A program made the position numbers and the translations under genes. Source: Desulfuromonadales bacterium (GTDB taxonomy: Bacteria > Desulfobacterota > Desulfuromonadia > Desulfuromonadales > JAGXHI01). From it: a DNA stretch of 64,000 nt. The stretch spans positions 21,565 to 85,564 of the forward strand of contig JAGXHI010000028.1 in the NCBI GenBank assembly GCA_024636295.1, given 5' to 3'. This document shows, piece by piece, positions 37,780-46,677 of the stretch (within the stretch, counting starts at the first letter, position 1; every line of letters starts with the position of its first letter). Below the pieces are notes generated by a model. It searched no databases and had not been told where the DNA came from. It saw nothing but the letters and a program-made list of their open reading frames with translations.

Positions 37780-39108
37780 ATGAAGGAAATCTGGCATTTT
37801 TACAAAGGGACGTTCGTCCTGGTCGGCAAGGGGAGCAAAGCTTATTACATCTGGGTGGGGGCTCTTCTGGTGCTGATGGCAATCGGCGCGGCCGCGTATG
37901 TACAGCAACTGAACCAGGGCCTCGCCCTCACAGCCATGACCGATCAGGTCTCCTGGGGGTTCTATATCTCCAATTTCACTTTTCTGGTCGGAGTTGCCGC
38001 CGCGGCGGTCCTGTTGGTCATTCCCGCATACGTTTATCACTGGAAGCCGATCAAGGAAATCGCCGTTCTCGGCGAGCTGCTAGCCATCTCCGCCATTGTC
38101 ATGTGCCTTCTTTTCGTAACAGTCGATATCGGCCGACCCGATCGCTTCTGGCACCTTATTCCCGGCATTGGAATTCTGAATTTCCCCAGTTCGCTTCTGG
38201 CGTGGGATGTTATCGTTCTGAATGGTTATCTCATTCTCAATCTGGTGATCGCCGTATATATCCTCTATAACATGTACTACCGCCGCGAACCCAACAAGAG
38301 TTTCACCACTCCTCTTCTCCTGCTCTCCATTCCCGCGGCAATCTCTATCCACACGGTCACTGCTTTTCTCTACAATGGACTGGGCGCCCGCCCTTTCTGG
38401 AATGCTTCGATTCTGGCGCCACGCTTTCTTGCTTCGGCCTTCTGTTCAGGCCCTGCGTTCATGATTCTGGTTTTCCTTCTGATTCGTCGATATACCCGCT
38501 TCAACATAAAAGACGAAGCCATCCACAAGATTGCCGAACTGATCGCTTACGCAATGTTCATAAACCTTTTCCTCCTTGGCGCTGAAATTTTCAAAGAATA
38601 TTACACCGACACTCTCCACCTCGCGCCGATGAAATACCTGTTCCAGGGCCTTCACGGCCATTCGGCCCTTGTTCCCTGGATCTGGACGGCCCTGCTGTTC
38701 AATATCTCGGCCTTTCTTATCTTCCTTGTGCCCGAGACCCGCAAAAACCACGTTACTCTTGTGCTCGGCTGCATTCTGATTTTCATCGGCGTCTATATTG
38801 AAAAAGGAATGGGACTGATCATTCCCGGTTTCGTACCGGACGTGCTGCATGAAATTTATGAATATTCCCCCACGGGAATCGAACTCCTTGTGACCGCTGG
38901 GATATGGGCGACCGGGTTTTTCGTTTTCACCATGCTCCTGCGGGTAGCCATTCCAATTCTCAACGGAGATTTCCACGTGTCAGATGATGGGGTTGGATAC
39001 TATATCGGAGACCAACTTTTTTTCATACCGAGTCGGAAAAGGGGAGCACAGGGACAGGGAAGACTGGGTACTGCCAGGGACTCGGCTGCTCCCGAAGTGA
39101 ACAACTGA
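37780..39108 (+). CDS. NrfD/PsrC-like integral membrane quinone-interacting subunit (module 1)
   Basis: 442 aa polytopic membrane protein. The N-terminal region resembles NrfD-family subunits of the HmcC/DsrP/ActC type. Confidence 0.8.
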   Translation: MKEIWHFYKGTFVLVGKGSKAYYIWVGALLVLMAIGAAAYVQQLNQGLALTAMTDQVSWGFYISNFTFLVGVAAAAVLLVIPAYVYHWKPIKEIAVLGELLAISAIVMCLLFVTVDIGRPDRFWHLIPGIGILNFPSSLLAWDVIVLNGYLILNLVIAVYILYNMYYRREPNKSFTTPLLLLSIPAAISIHTVTAFLYNGLGARPFWNASILAPRFLASAFCSGPAFMILVFLLIRRYTRFNIKDEAIHKIAELIAYAMFINLFLLGAEIFKEYYTDTLHLAPMKYLFQGLHGHSALVPWIWTALLFNISAFLIFLVPETRKNHVTLVLGCILIFIGVYIEKGMGLIIPGFVPDVLHEIYEYSPTGIELLVTAGIWATGFFVFTMLLRVAIPILNGDFHVSDDGVGYYIGDQLFFIPSRKRGAQGQGRLGTARDSAAPEVNN

Positions 39109-39134
39109 AAAAGAAAAGGAGCATTCTCCCTCCG

Positions 39135-39160
39135 CTCCGCCAAAAGATCTTTTGGCGGAG
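39135..39160 (+). terminator. stem-loop terminator after module 1
   Basis: Perfect 26-nt palindrome ctccgccaaaagatcttttggcggag, followed by caatttctt. Confidence 0.6.
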
Positions 39161-39408
39161 CAATTTCTTAAAGACAGTGAGGCTGACGACATGCGCAATA
39201 TAGCCGTTCGCAAACCGCACGCGAAAAGCCGAGGGTTGAAGCGTTCATAAGGAAATCTCCGAAGAGCCCAAAAACCTGCCTCAATCCATTTACAGGTAAA
39301 GCTGAACTCAATATTTCACCCGTCGGATGGAATTGACGATGTTTTATTTATTTCTTTATAAAAACACTTGAATTTAAAATTTTTATCCCCTCAAATCCAT
39401 GATACTTA

Positions 39409-39437
39409 TTGACAAATAAGGAATAAACTCCTATTTT
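39409..39437 (+). promoter_or_regulatory. sigma70-type promoter candidate for module 2
   Basis: TTGACA 39409-39414, 17-nt spacer, TATTTT 39432-39437, within a strongly AT-rich stretch. Confidence 0.45.
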
Positions 39438-39533
39438 AAAATCCCATATCACACCTGACCGCCGAGATTTTTGCGGCGCCTTTTTTTGTCAGGACCTCAT
39501 CTGTCTCATCATTTTACAAAGGGGAAAAAAGCA

Positions 39534-40022
39534 GTGAAGAATCACGTTTGGAGACCCCTCATCGTGGTCATAGGAATTGTTCTCGCTATTCTTGTTTTCC
39601 GACTCTTTTACGTCCCGAACGATTTCGAATCAGGGGAAAGAGGCTTCATGTACAGTTATTATCGCCAGTCCAACGAGTTGGAGTGGGAAAACCAGCCTAT
39701 CAAATACCTGGACACCGGAAAGCAGCACATGCATGAATTCTGCATCGAGTGCCATAGCCACGAAGTCGAAATCCGGACGGAGGATCTGCATGGCGTCATT
39801 GCCTGTGAAAACTGCCATGGACCTGCCCTCGACCATCCGATACATCCGGAAAAGTTGGAAATAGATCGCAGCCGCGAAGTCTGTCTCCGATGTCATACTC
39901 TTCTCACCTATACCACCAGCGAACGAAAACGGATTCCCGGCATTGACCCAAAGGAGCATATGACGGAATATGAATGCGTCGAATGCCACAACCCGCACAA
40001 TCCGAGACTGGAGGACATGTAA
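39534..40022 (+). CDS. membrane-anchored tetraheme cytochrome c (module 2)
   Basis: GTG 39534 is preferred (AAGGGG upstream). One TM segment (RPLIVVIGIVLAILVF). Four CxxCH motifs (CIECH, CENCH, CLRCH, CVECH). Confidence 0.85.
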   Translation: MKNHVWRPLIVVIGIVLAILVFRLFYVPNDFESGERGFMYSYYRQSNELEWENQPIKYLDTGKQHMHEFCIECHSHEVEIRTEDLHGVIACENCHGPALDHPIHPEKLEIDRSREVCLRCHTLLTYTTSERKRIPGIDPKEHMTEYECVECHNPHNPRLEDM

Positions 40023-40795
40023 TGAAGAGGCGAGATTTTCTGAAAAAGTCCATTCTTGTCATTGCCGGCGCCTCGGTCCCCCTGTCGGCTCTCCAGATGG
40101 TCGACCCGAAAAAGGTGCTGGCGGAGAACTTAGATATCCATTGGGCGTTCCTTATCGATACTTTCAAATGCGTTGGCTGCGGTTTCTGCGTTAAGGCCTG
40201 CAAGACGGAAAATAACATTCCTTTTGAGGCAAACGTCACCCGGACCTGGGTGGAACGATACGTCTATACCAAAGATGACCGCCGGTATATCGACAGCCCG
40301 AAGGGCGCCCTCTACGGTTATACCGATCCGCGCATCGATATGGGAATGGGGGAATACAAGGAGATCGACCCGGACAATGTCGGAAAAGCATTTTTCGTTC
40401 CCAAACTCTGTAATCACTGCATAACCCCGCCCTGCACCCAGGTCTGCCCGGTCGGGGCCACATATAAAGCGGACAATGGAGTCGTTCTGGTCGACCGCTC
40501 CTGGTGCATCGGCTGCGGCTACTGCATCATGGCGTGCCCCTACGGCGCCCGCTTCTTTCATCCGACTCTGCATGTGGCCGACAAATGCACTTTCTGCTAC
40601 CACAGGATTACCAAAGGGATGGACACGGCCTGCGTCAACGCCTGCCCTTTTGGCGCGCGAAAAATGTGCAACATCAGGGACATTGATGATCCGATCACCA
40701 AGATCATCATGAATCAGCGGGTGGGGGTCCTCAAAGACGAATTCGGCACCAAGCCCCAGGCTTTCTACATCGGTCTTGCCCAGGAGGTACGTTGA
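40022..40795 (+). CDS. periplasmic 4Fe-4S cluster protein, NrfC/HybA/DsrO-like, Tat signal (module 2)
   Basis: MKRRDFLKKSILVIAGASV Tat signal. Four Cys clusters (CVGCGFCVKAC, CNHCITPPC, CIGCGYCIMACP, CTFC...CVNACP). Overlaps the cytochrome stop (TAATG). Confidence 0.9.
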   Translation: MKRRDFLKKSILVIAGASVPLSALQMVDPKKVLAENLDIHWAFLIDTFKCVGCGFCVKACKTENNIPFEANVTRTWVERYVYTKDDRRYIDSPKGALYGYTDPRIDMGMGEYKEIDPDNVGKAFFVPKLCNHCITPPCTQVCPVGATYKADNGVVLVDRSWCIGCGYCIMACPYGARFFHPTLHVADKCTFCYHRITKGMDTACVNACPFGARKMCNIRDIDDPITKIIMNQRVGVLKDEFGTKPQAFYIGLAQEVR

Positions 40796-40797
40796 TC

Positions 40798-42153
40798 ATG
40801 ATTGAACAAGTTGCCCAGCACGCAATGCAGGTTCATGGCGAAGCCTGGACGGTTAAGGAGCTTTTCGTTCTCCCCAATGAATATATTTATTGGTCGATCC
40901 AGATCGTCATGTATCCTTTCATGACGGGACTTGTGGCCGGGGCCTTTGTACTCTCGTCGCTCTATCATGTTTTTGGAGTGAAGAAGCTCAAGGAAATCGC
41001 AAGATTTTCTCTCGTGTTCTCTTTCGCCCTCCTTCCGGTGGCCATGATGCCGTTGCTGCTGCATCTTCAGCAACCCTTACGGGGGATAAACGTCCTTATG
41101 ACGCCGCACTTCACATCGGCCATTTCCGCTTTCGGCATTGTCTTTCTGACCTACTCCTTCATCGTCGCCAGCGAACTCTGGTTCGAATACCGCAAGCATT
41201 TCGTCCTGACCTACAGCAGACTGGAAGTCCGCCTTGATCTCGGTTTTTTTGATAATCTCAGGCGCCTGTTTTTCAAGACGCTTACCCTCGGCGCCTTTGA
41301 CATCAGCGAAGAAGCGCAGGAAAAGGACCACAAAGCCGTCAAGGTCCTTGCATCCATCGGAATTCCGATCGCTTGCTTTCTCCATGGCTATGCCGGTTTT
41401 ATTTTCGGCTCCGTCAAGGCGAACGCTCTCTGGATGACTCCACTGATGCCCGTCATCTTTATCTGCTCCGCCGTGGTCTCCGGTATCGCTCTGTGCATAC
41501 TGACTTATGTCCTTACACAGGAAATCCGCAAATTCATGGCGCGACGGCGTATAGCCCGGTGGGCCAAAGATACCGGCGCACCAAGTTTCGAAGAATTACG
41601 GGGAGCCGAAGAGCAGGAAGTCAGGACGGTGTCCAATTACCTGCTCTATTTCATGATTGCTGCAATCACCCTCGAAATCCTCGACCTGATTTTCCGCGGC
41701 TACACCCAGGTCAAGTCATGGGATATTCTTCGCGAAGTGATCATGGAAAGAGATTTCTTCAAAATCTTTATCCTTCAATACACCATCGGCAATGCCTTGC
41801 CTTTTCTTATGATGATCTGGCCGAACCGCTCGGTTCGCCGGGTTACCGCAGCCTCGGTTCTCATTCTTTTCGGGGTTTTCATGATGCGATGGAACGTGGT
41901 CATCGGCGGTCAGGCATTCTCGCTCAGCTTCGCCGGGTTCATGCACTATCACATGCCGATCATTCCCCACAATTGGGAAACATTCAAAGAAGGATTTTTC
42001 GGAGCACTGACGGTAATGATCACTCCCTTCGTTATCTTCTATTTCCTGAATAAAATATTCCCGGCATTCCTCAAAGATGATGAAAGTGTTGAAGAGTTTG
42101 AAGGGGTAAATGGAAAATCGGCTCCAGAATTTTCAGCAACCCGGCCGTACTGA
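40798..42153 (+). CDS. NrfD/PsrC-like integral membrane subunit (module 2)
   Basis: The ORF opens at 40792 (TTG). ATG 40798 is preferred (AGGAGG 10 nt upstream). About 451 aa polytopic membrane protein of the NrfD family. Confidence 0.85.
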   Translation: MIEQVAQHAMQVHGEAWTVKELFVLPNEYIYWSIQIVMYPFMTGLVAGAFVLSSLYHVFGVKKLKEIARFSLVFSFALLPVAMMPLLLHLQQPLRGINVLMTPHFTSAISAFGIVFLTYSFIVASELWFEYRKHFVLTYSRLEVRLDLGFFDNLRRLFFKTLTLGAFDISEEAQEKDHKAVKVLASIGIPIACFLHGYAGFIFGSVKANALWMTPLMPVIFICSAVVSGIALCILTYVLTQEIRKFMARRRIARWAKDTGAPSFEELRGAEEQEVRTVSNYLLYFMIAAITLEILDLIFRGYTQVKSWDILREVIMERDFFKIFILQYTIGNALPFLMMIWPNRSVRRVTAASVLILFGVFMMRWNVVIGGQAFSLSFAGFMHYHMPIIPHNWETFKEGFFGALTVMITPFVIFYFLNKIFPAFLKDDESVEEFEGVNGKSAPEFSATRPY

Positions 42154-42198
42154 TCCTGAGACGGGTTCCCGGCCAGCCGAATAAAACGGAGGGGCGTT

Positions 42199-44034
42199 AT
42201 GCCGGAACAGAAGCACTCTCTTGAAAAAAGGGTCGATCAGCTTGCTCAACAAGTAGAAATCCTCAGCCGCAGGGTGGATGAACTGACCACCCACCGTGAA
42301 CGAGCGGGGCCGCTTTACGCCATCTCACCCGGAACACAGGGGGAGAAAAAAAATCTCGAAGCCACGGAGGAACTTCTGTCCTGGGTGGGAAAATCCTCCC
42401 TGCTGCAGCGTCTGGCGACCCTCTGTTTTCTCCTGGTCCTGGCATTGGCCCTCCGTACCGCCACCGACAGTGAAGCCCTCGATTACAGCCTGGGAACCTT
42501 CATCGGGATGGGGTACGCTTCACTCCTCATGGTTATCGGCTGGCACAAATACGGCCTCTCCAGCCCTCTTGCTTCTGTCTTCACCGTTTGCGGCGCGCTT
42601 CTCATGTTTGCCGTGGTGGGAGAAACCCACGCCCATTTCGAATCCCTTCCAGCCATCCCTGCCTATGTCCTTCTGTTGCTTACCGGCATTGCACTTGCGG
42701 CAGCCAGCCGGCATCGGGATGTCGCTCTACCGATCATGGTCGGAACTCTGGGAATGTCTGTTACTGCCATATCCATTGGTTTTCCCAATCCTATATTCTC
42801 TTATCTGATGTTCATTCTTCTGACGGCCAACGTCCTCGGCTATTCCGCCACAAAGCTGAGGCGCTGTTCATGGCTTCGCTGGATTCTTCTGCTCATCATT
42901 ATAGCTATGTACCAGGTCTGGGCCATAAAACTGGGCTTTTCCCATCGGACTTCCGTGGACCCGGGGTGGCGTCTTTCCGCGAGCCTTTTCTTTCCCGCCG
43001 GCATTTTCCTGACCGTCGCCTTCTCGGGAATGGCACTTGTCGGAATGGTACGCAACGAGAAATTATCGAAATTCGATCTTGCCCTTCCTGCCGTCAGCGC
43101 TATCTGCCTTTTTTATTCCGCCCGGTATCTCCTGGCGATTCGAGAGAGCGGATCTGAACTTCTGGGAACGGCAGGCATTCTGGTGGCGCTGGTTCACCTG
43201 GGCATCGCCTCCTGGCTTGCTCGCCGTGAGCCTGAAAAGAAACTCGCAAGGGCAGCGTTTACACTGTCATCGATCCTGCTTCTGATTTTCGCCCTGCCAG
43301 CCGCTTTCAAAGGCCTCCTGCCCTCCCTCCCGGTCCTTTCCGTTCTGGCCCTCGCGCTGGCTTTTCTCTCCCATCAATGGGAAAGCCCAAGAATACGGGT
43401 TCTAGCGTATGCCCTTCAGGCGTTTGTCGGCATGTCCCTTTTTGTGCTGCTTCGGGGCAACGGACCGGAGACCTCCTCTCTTTTCAGCGCTGCCTCGGCG
43501 GGAGCGGTCGCCTTGATCGCCCTCCTCAATTACCGCTGGTGCCGTCTGCACCCGCCTTCCATGGATTCAATTATTTTCAACCGCTTCGACACGAAAGACC
43601 GCATTCCGGTCATCATCCTCCTGACGGCGCTGACCGGTGGCTTTTTTCTCCTCAGAGCCGCCCTTTACCATATTTTCGTCCCGTTGCCCGGAGATATCAA
43701 CGACACCTACCGCTGCGCTCAATCTATCATGATCAACGCATCAGCGGCTGGCCTGATGTTATTCGCTTACATCCGTCACAATCGCGAGATTCGGAATGTC
43801 GCCGTGCTGGTGACCGTGATCGGAGGGATAAAGGTTCTTCTGTACGATCTTTTCGGCACCAGCGGATTGCCGCTCGTATTCAGCGTCTTTTCCTTCGGGG
43901 TGATCGCCGCTCTCGAATCGGCCCTTCTGGGACGATGGCAGCACGGTCTGCCGGAAAACGACAAGAAAACAGATTTGGAATCTTCTTCCGAGAAGGCCGA
44001 AAACACATCCCTGACCCCTGTCAAGCCGGATTGA
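42199..44034 (+). CDS. large polytopic membrane protein, DUF2339-like
   Basis: 611 aa. N-terminal coiled-coil-like EKRVDQLAQQVEILSRRVDELT followed by many TM helices. Family assignment is from memory of DUF2339 architecture. Confidence 0.6.
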   Translation: MPEQKHSLEKRVDQLAQQVEILSRRVDELTTHRERAGPLYAISPGTQGEKKNLEATEELLSWVGKSSLLQRLATLCFLLVLALALRTATDSEALDYSLGTFIGMGYASLLMVIGWHKYGLSSPLASVFTVCGALLMFAVVGETHAHFESLPAIPAYVLLLLTGIALAAASRHRDVALPIMVGTLGMSVTAISIGFPNPIFSYLMFILLTANVLGYSATKLRRCSWLRWILLLIIIAMYQVWAIKLGFSHRTSVDPGWRLSASLFFPAGIFLTVAFSGMALVGMVRNEKLSKFDLALPAVSAICLFYSARYLLAIRESGSELLGTAGILVALVHLGIASWLARREPEKKLARAAFTLSSILLLIFALPAAFKGLLPSLPVLSVLALALAFLSHQWESPRIRVLAYALQAFVGMSLFVLLRGNGPETSSLFSAASAGAVALIALLNYRWCRLHPPSMDSIIFNRFDTKDRIPVIILLTALTGGFFLLRAALYHIFVPLPGDINDTYRCAQSIMINASAAGLMLFAYIRHNREIRNVAVLVTVIGGIKVLLYDLFGTSGLPLVFSVFSFGVIAALESALLGRWQHGLPENDKKTDLESSSEKAENTSLTPVKPD

Positions 44035-44283
44035 CCCACGACCGCATCACCTGTGCCGAAAAAGAAGCTTTCGGGCCCTTTCCTCTGATGGGGCGGACCC
44101 TTCTTTTTACGCGCTTGAACTCCAAAGGCATCTCCTTTATATTTTTCATCATCAACTCTTTTTGGTTTTTGCCATGAACGTTGTCCGCCTCCCTGGCAGT
44201 CTGATGAAAAACCGAACCAAGAAAGAACTTGCCGTCTTTGCCGGGAGGTTGATTGCTCCGACCGCGGAAAAGGGAGTCCGTTC

Positions 44284-44607
44284 ATGAGGGCCGAAGGTAA
44301 TATTTTTCGGGACATTCCATTCAGCCCTGCCGAGGAAGAAACCCTCTCCATTCTTTCGACCAGGAATCTGCGGATCGAGCGCATTGTTTCAACGGGCCAG
44401 GCATCGGCCGAGGGATTCTGGTATGAGCAAAAGGAGAATGAATGGATTGTGGTATTGAGGGGGCGCGGAGTTATCGAATACGAGGATGGATCCTTGACCG
44501 AGTTGGGAGAAGGAGACTGGTTGCATATTCCAGCCCGACTCCGGCATCGTGTCAAAGAAACCTCTTCCGATAGACCGACCGTCTGGCTGGCAGTATTTCA
44601 CCGGTAA
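44284..44607 (+). CDS. cupin domain protein
   Basis: 107 aa. Cupin barrel (EWIVVLRGRGVIEYEDGS...GDWLHIPARLRHRV). Confidence 0.7.
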   Translation: MRAEGNIFRDIPFSPAEEETLSILSTRNLRIERIVSTGQASAEGFWYEQKENEWIVVLRGRGVIEYEDGSLTELGEGDWLHIPARLRHRVKETSSDRPTVWLAVFHR

Positions 44608-44768
44608 TTTTTGATGGCGTCGCAAAAAGTCCGCCCTACGGCGTTACGGCGTTTTTTCAGGACCTCGACATACCTGATGTATGCCTTCGCCCCTGAAAAA
44701 CCATCAGGCCTTGTAGGACGAAATTTTTGCTTAGCCATCCTCTGAGTTTTTGCGAAGGCATCATTTTT
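44608..44768. repeat. ~160-bp inverted-repeat element (MITE-like or structured RNA)
   Basis: Terminal inverted repeats gatggcgtcgcaaaaa (left) and tttttgcgaaggcatc (right) match 14/16. Internal pairings: ttttcagg/cctgaaaa, cctgatg/catcagg, and atgccttcgc(44681-90)/gcgaaggcat(44751-60). Confidence 0.45.
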
Positions 44769-44805
44769 CAAATCGAAAATTTGTCACTCCCTTCGATGGC
44801 CAGCA

Positions 44806-44985
44806 TTACAGAATCCCCCGTATGACATCCCCTGGAATGGGTGGCGCATACCGTCCGTTCCTCCCGTTCATTCCTTCTGAATAAAACATGGCATTCAGGA
44901 CGGCCTCTTCCGTAGCCTCGATGACGGCTTCATACAGCAGATTCACGATATTGTCCCGACGAATTCGATGCCTAGAAGCCCCGGA
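44806..44985 (-). pseudogene. C-terminal remnant of a DmpA/P1-family aminopeptidase gene
   Basis: The minus strand reads ...RDNIVNLLYEAVIEATEEAVLNAMFYSEGMNGRNGRYAPPIPGDVIRGIL-stop (TAA at 44806-44808). In-frame stops occur immediately upstream, and no N-terminal part is present. Confidence 0.6.
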
Positions 44986-45124
44986 CTCTCCTTGGCCTCA
45001 CGGCTAAAAGAATCTGACTCCCCTTCAATCCTCTCCGCCCTTCCCCCGACTCCTGGAATTTTGATACTATTTTCTCAATGGAAAGCTGTCGGGGACATGG
45101 ATCTGCATGGCATCTTCTGGCTCC

Positions 45125-45232
45125 TGAAAACAAAAAAAGCCCCGAAAGCAGGAGGGAAGCCTTTCGGGGCAAAATTGGAAACCCGCGTCCGGGTTTCCAG
45201 GAAATTCTAGGGTAAATTAAGGTAAATTCTGA
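45125..45232 (-). ncRNA. sRNA candidate B with CCCUCCU terminator loop
   Basis: Minus strand: TTGACA (45265-45260), 17-nt spacer, TAATAT (45242-45237). Its 5' region has three AAUUU(A)CC repeats. A 9-bp hairpin GGAAACCCG-GACG-CGGGUUUCC follows. The terminator is GCCCCGAAAG/CUUUCGGGGC plus U7. Confidence 0.55.
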
Positions 45233-45409
45233 AATTATATTACCTCATGTGCAGTAAAATGTCAATTTTGCCTCCAAGGCTCCAAGCTACCGTTCTTAAA
45301 GGTTTTTATCGATCTCGATAACCGCTTCGTACGGCTCGAAAATGTATTCAAAAGATCCTTTTCGTCTCTTTGCCTCCTGTGGTACATTGACGAGTAAGGA
45401 GGACGCCCG

Positions 45410-46039
45410 ATGGAAGAACTGAACAGTATCGTACAGATTATCGCCCTCACCATGGGCGTGGCCTGGGCCAGCGGGATCAACCTGTACGCCGCTCTTCTTG
45501 TTCTTGGTGTTCTTGGGGCTTCCGGCAACATGGTTTTGCCTCCAGGGCTTCAGTTGCTGACTTCGCCACTCGTCCTTTCCGCGTCGGGATTTATGTTCAT
45601 TGTAGAATTTATCGCCGACAAAACACCCGGGGTGGATACGGGGTGGGATGCATTGCATTCATTTATCCGGATTCCCGCTGGAGCGGTTCTCGCTGCGACT
45701 GCGGTCGGGGAGGTTGACCCCGCTTTTTCTCTTGCTGCCGCCATCATCGGAGGCAGTCTGACCGCCGTCTCCCATGTCACCAAGGCGGGAACTCGCGTTC
45801 TGATCAATGCGTCTCCGGAACCCTTCAGCAACTGGTTTGCCTCTCTCACCGAGGATGCAGCTGTGATAGGGGGACTTTTGCTTGCGCTTTATCATCCGTG
45901 GGTCTTTCTATTCCTTCTTTTTGTTTTTTTGCTGATGGCCGCCTGGCTCTTGCCCAGGGTCATTTCAGGAATCCGGCATCTTTTTTCCTTCGCAGGCCGT
46001 CTTTTCCGGAGAAGCGATTCTTCCTCCCCTGCAGGATGA
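45410..46039 (+). CDS. DUF4126-like membrane protein
   Basis: 209 aa. Four or five TM segments and a FIADKTPGVDTGWDALHSFIRIPAGA motif typical of that family (from memory). Confidence 0.6.
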   Translation: MEELNSIVQIIALTMGVAWASGINLYAALLVLGVLGASGNMVLPPGLQLLTSPLVLSASGFMFIVEFIADKTPGVDTGWDALHSFIRIPAGAVLAATAVGEVDPAFSLAAAIIGGSLTAVSHVTKAGTRVLINASPEPFSNWFASLTEDAAVIGGLLLALYHPWVFLFLLFVFLLMAAWLLPRVISGIRHLFSFAGRLFRRSDSSSPAG

Positions 46040-46081
46040 CAATCCGAGCCACCGAACCGACAGAGCCGAGAACTTCTCCCG

Positions 46082-46663
46082 ATGATTACCCCTGCCCAAA
46101 TCCAACGAATCCTTTCCATCCGGCAACCATCCCTTCTGCAGAGTGAAAACCCGGCAAAAGCTGCCGTTGCCTTGATCCTTCGGTTCGGGACATCAGGTCT
46201 CGAGGTCCTGTTCATAGAACGTGCTCACCACGATGGGGATCCCTGGTCCGGAAATTTGGGCTTCCCCGGAGGTCGGCTGGAAAGCTTTGACGCGGGCCCC
46301 AGAGAAGCGGCGATCCGGGAGACAATGGAGGAGATCGGACTGGATCTGAGGACCGCCCTGCACCTGGGAAGAATGGACGATATCGCCACCGCCTCGATTC
46401 CCGTGCAGGTTTCCTGTTTTGTTTACCTTTTAAACGATTCCCCTCGCCTTCGGCCGAACCATGAAGTGCGTTCCACCTACTGGATTCCTCTCAAAGACAT
46501 TTCCAATCCCAACCGGAGGATGGAAGCGATCGTGCATTTCGGCGGCCGCAAGCTGGTTCGTCCAGCTATCGACGTTCTCGGACCCGGGGAAATTGTACTA
46601 TGGGGCCTCACCTACCGATTGATTCTTCAGTTTATTGAACTTGTGGAGGGCAGCAACGCTTGA
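46082..46663 (+). CDS. NUDIX hydrolase (CoA pyrophosphatase-like)
   Basis: 193 aa. Nudix box GFPGGRLESFDAGPREAAIRETMEEIGL. Confidence 0.8.
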   Translation: MITPAQIQRILSIRQPSLLQSENPAKAAVALILRFGTSGLEVLFIERAHHDGDPWSGNLGFPGGRLESFDAGPREAAIRETMEEIGLDLRTALHLGRMDDIATASIPVQVSCFVYLLNDSPRLRPNHEVRSTYWIPLKDISNPNRRMEAIVHFGGRKLVRPAIDVLGPGEIVLWGLTYRLILQFIELVEGSNA

Positions 46664-46677
46664 GGGAAGGCGCTTTC

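Noticed and set aside
36931-38040. 369-aa minus-strand ORF
   Set aside because: Antisense to the module-1 FeS and NrfD genes. No start context or motifs.
44174-44287. 37-codon ORF overlapping the cupin start by ATGA
   Set aside because: No recognisable RBS or family. It could be a real leader peptide, but the sequence alone does not support it.
43377-44555. 266-aa (+) and 259-aa (-) ORFs overlapping the DUF2339 gene and downstream region
   Set aside because: They are alternative-frame or antisense ORFs with Arg/Pro/Ser-rich composition. The 611-aa TM-rich frame is the coherent one.
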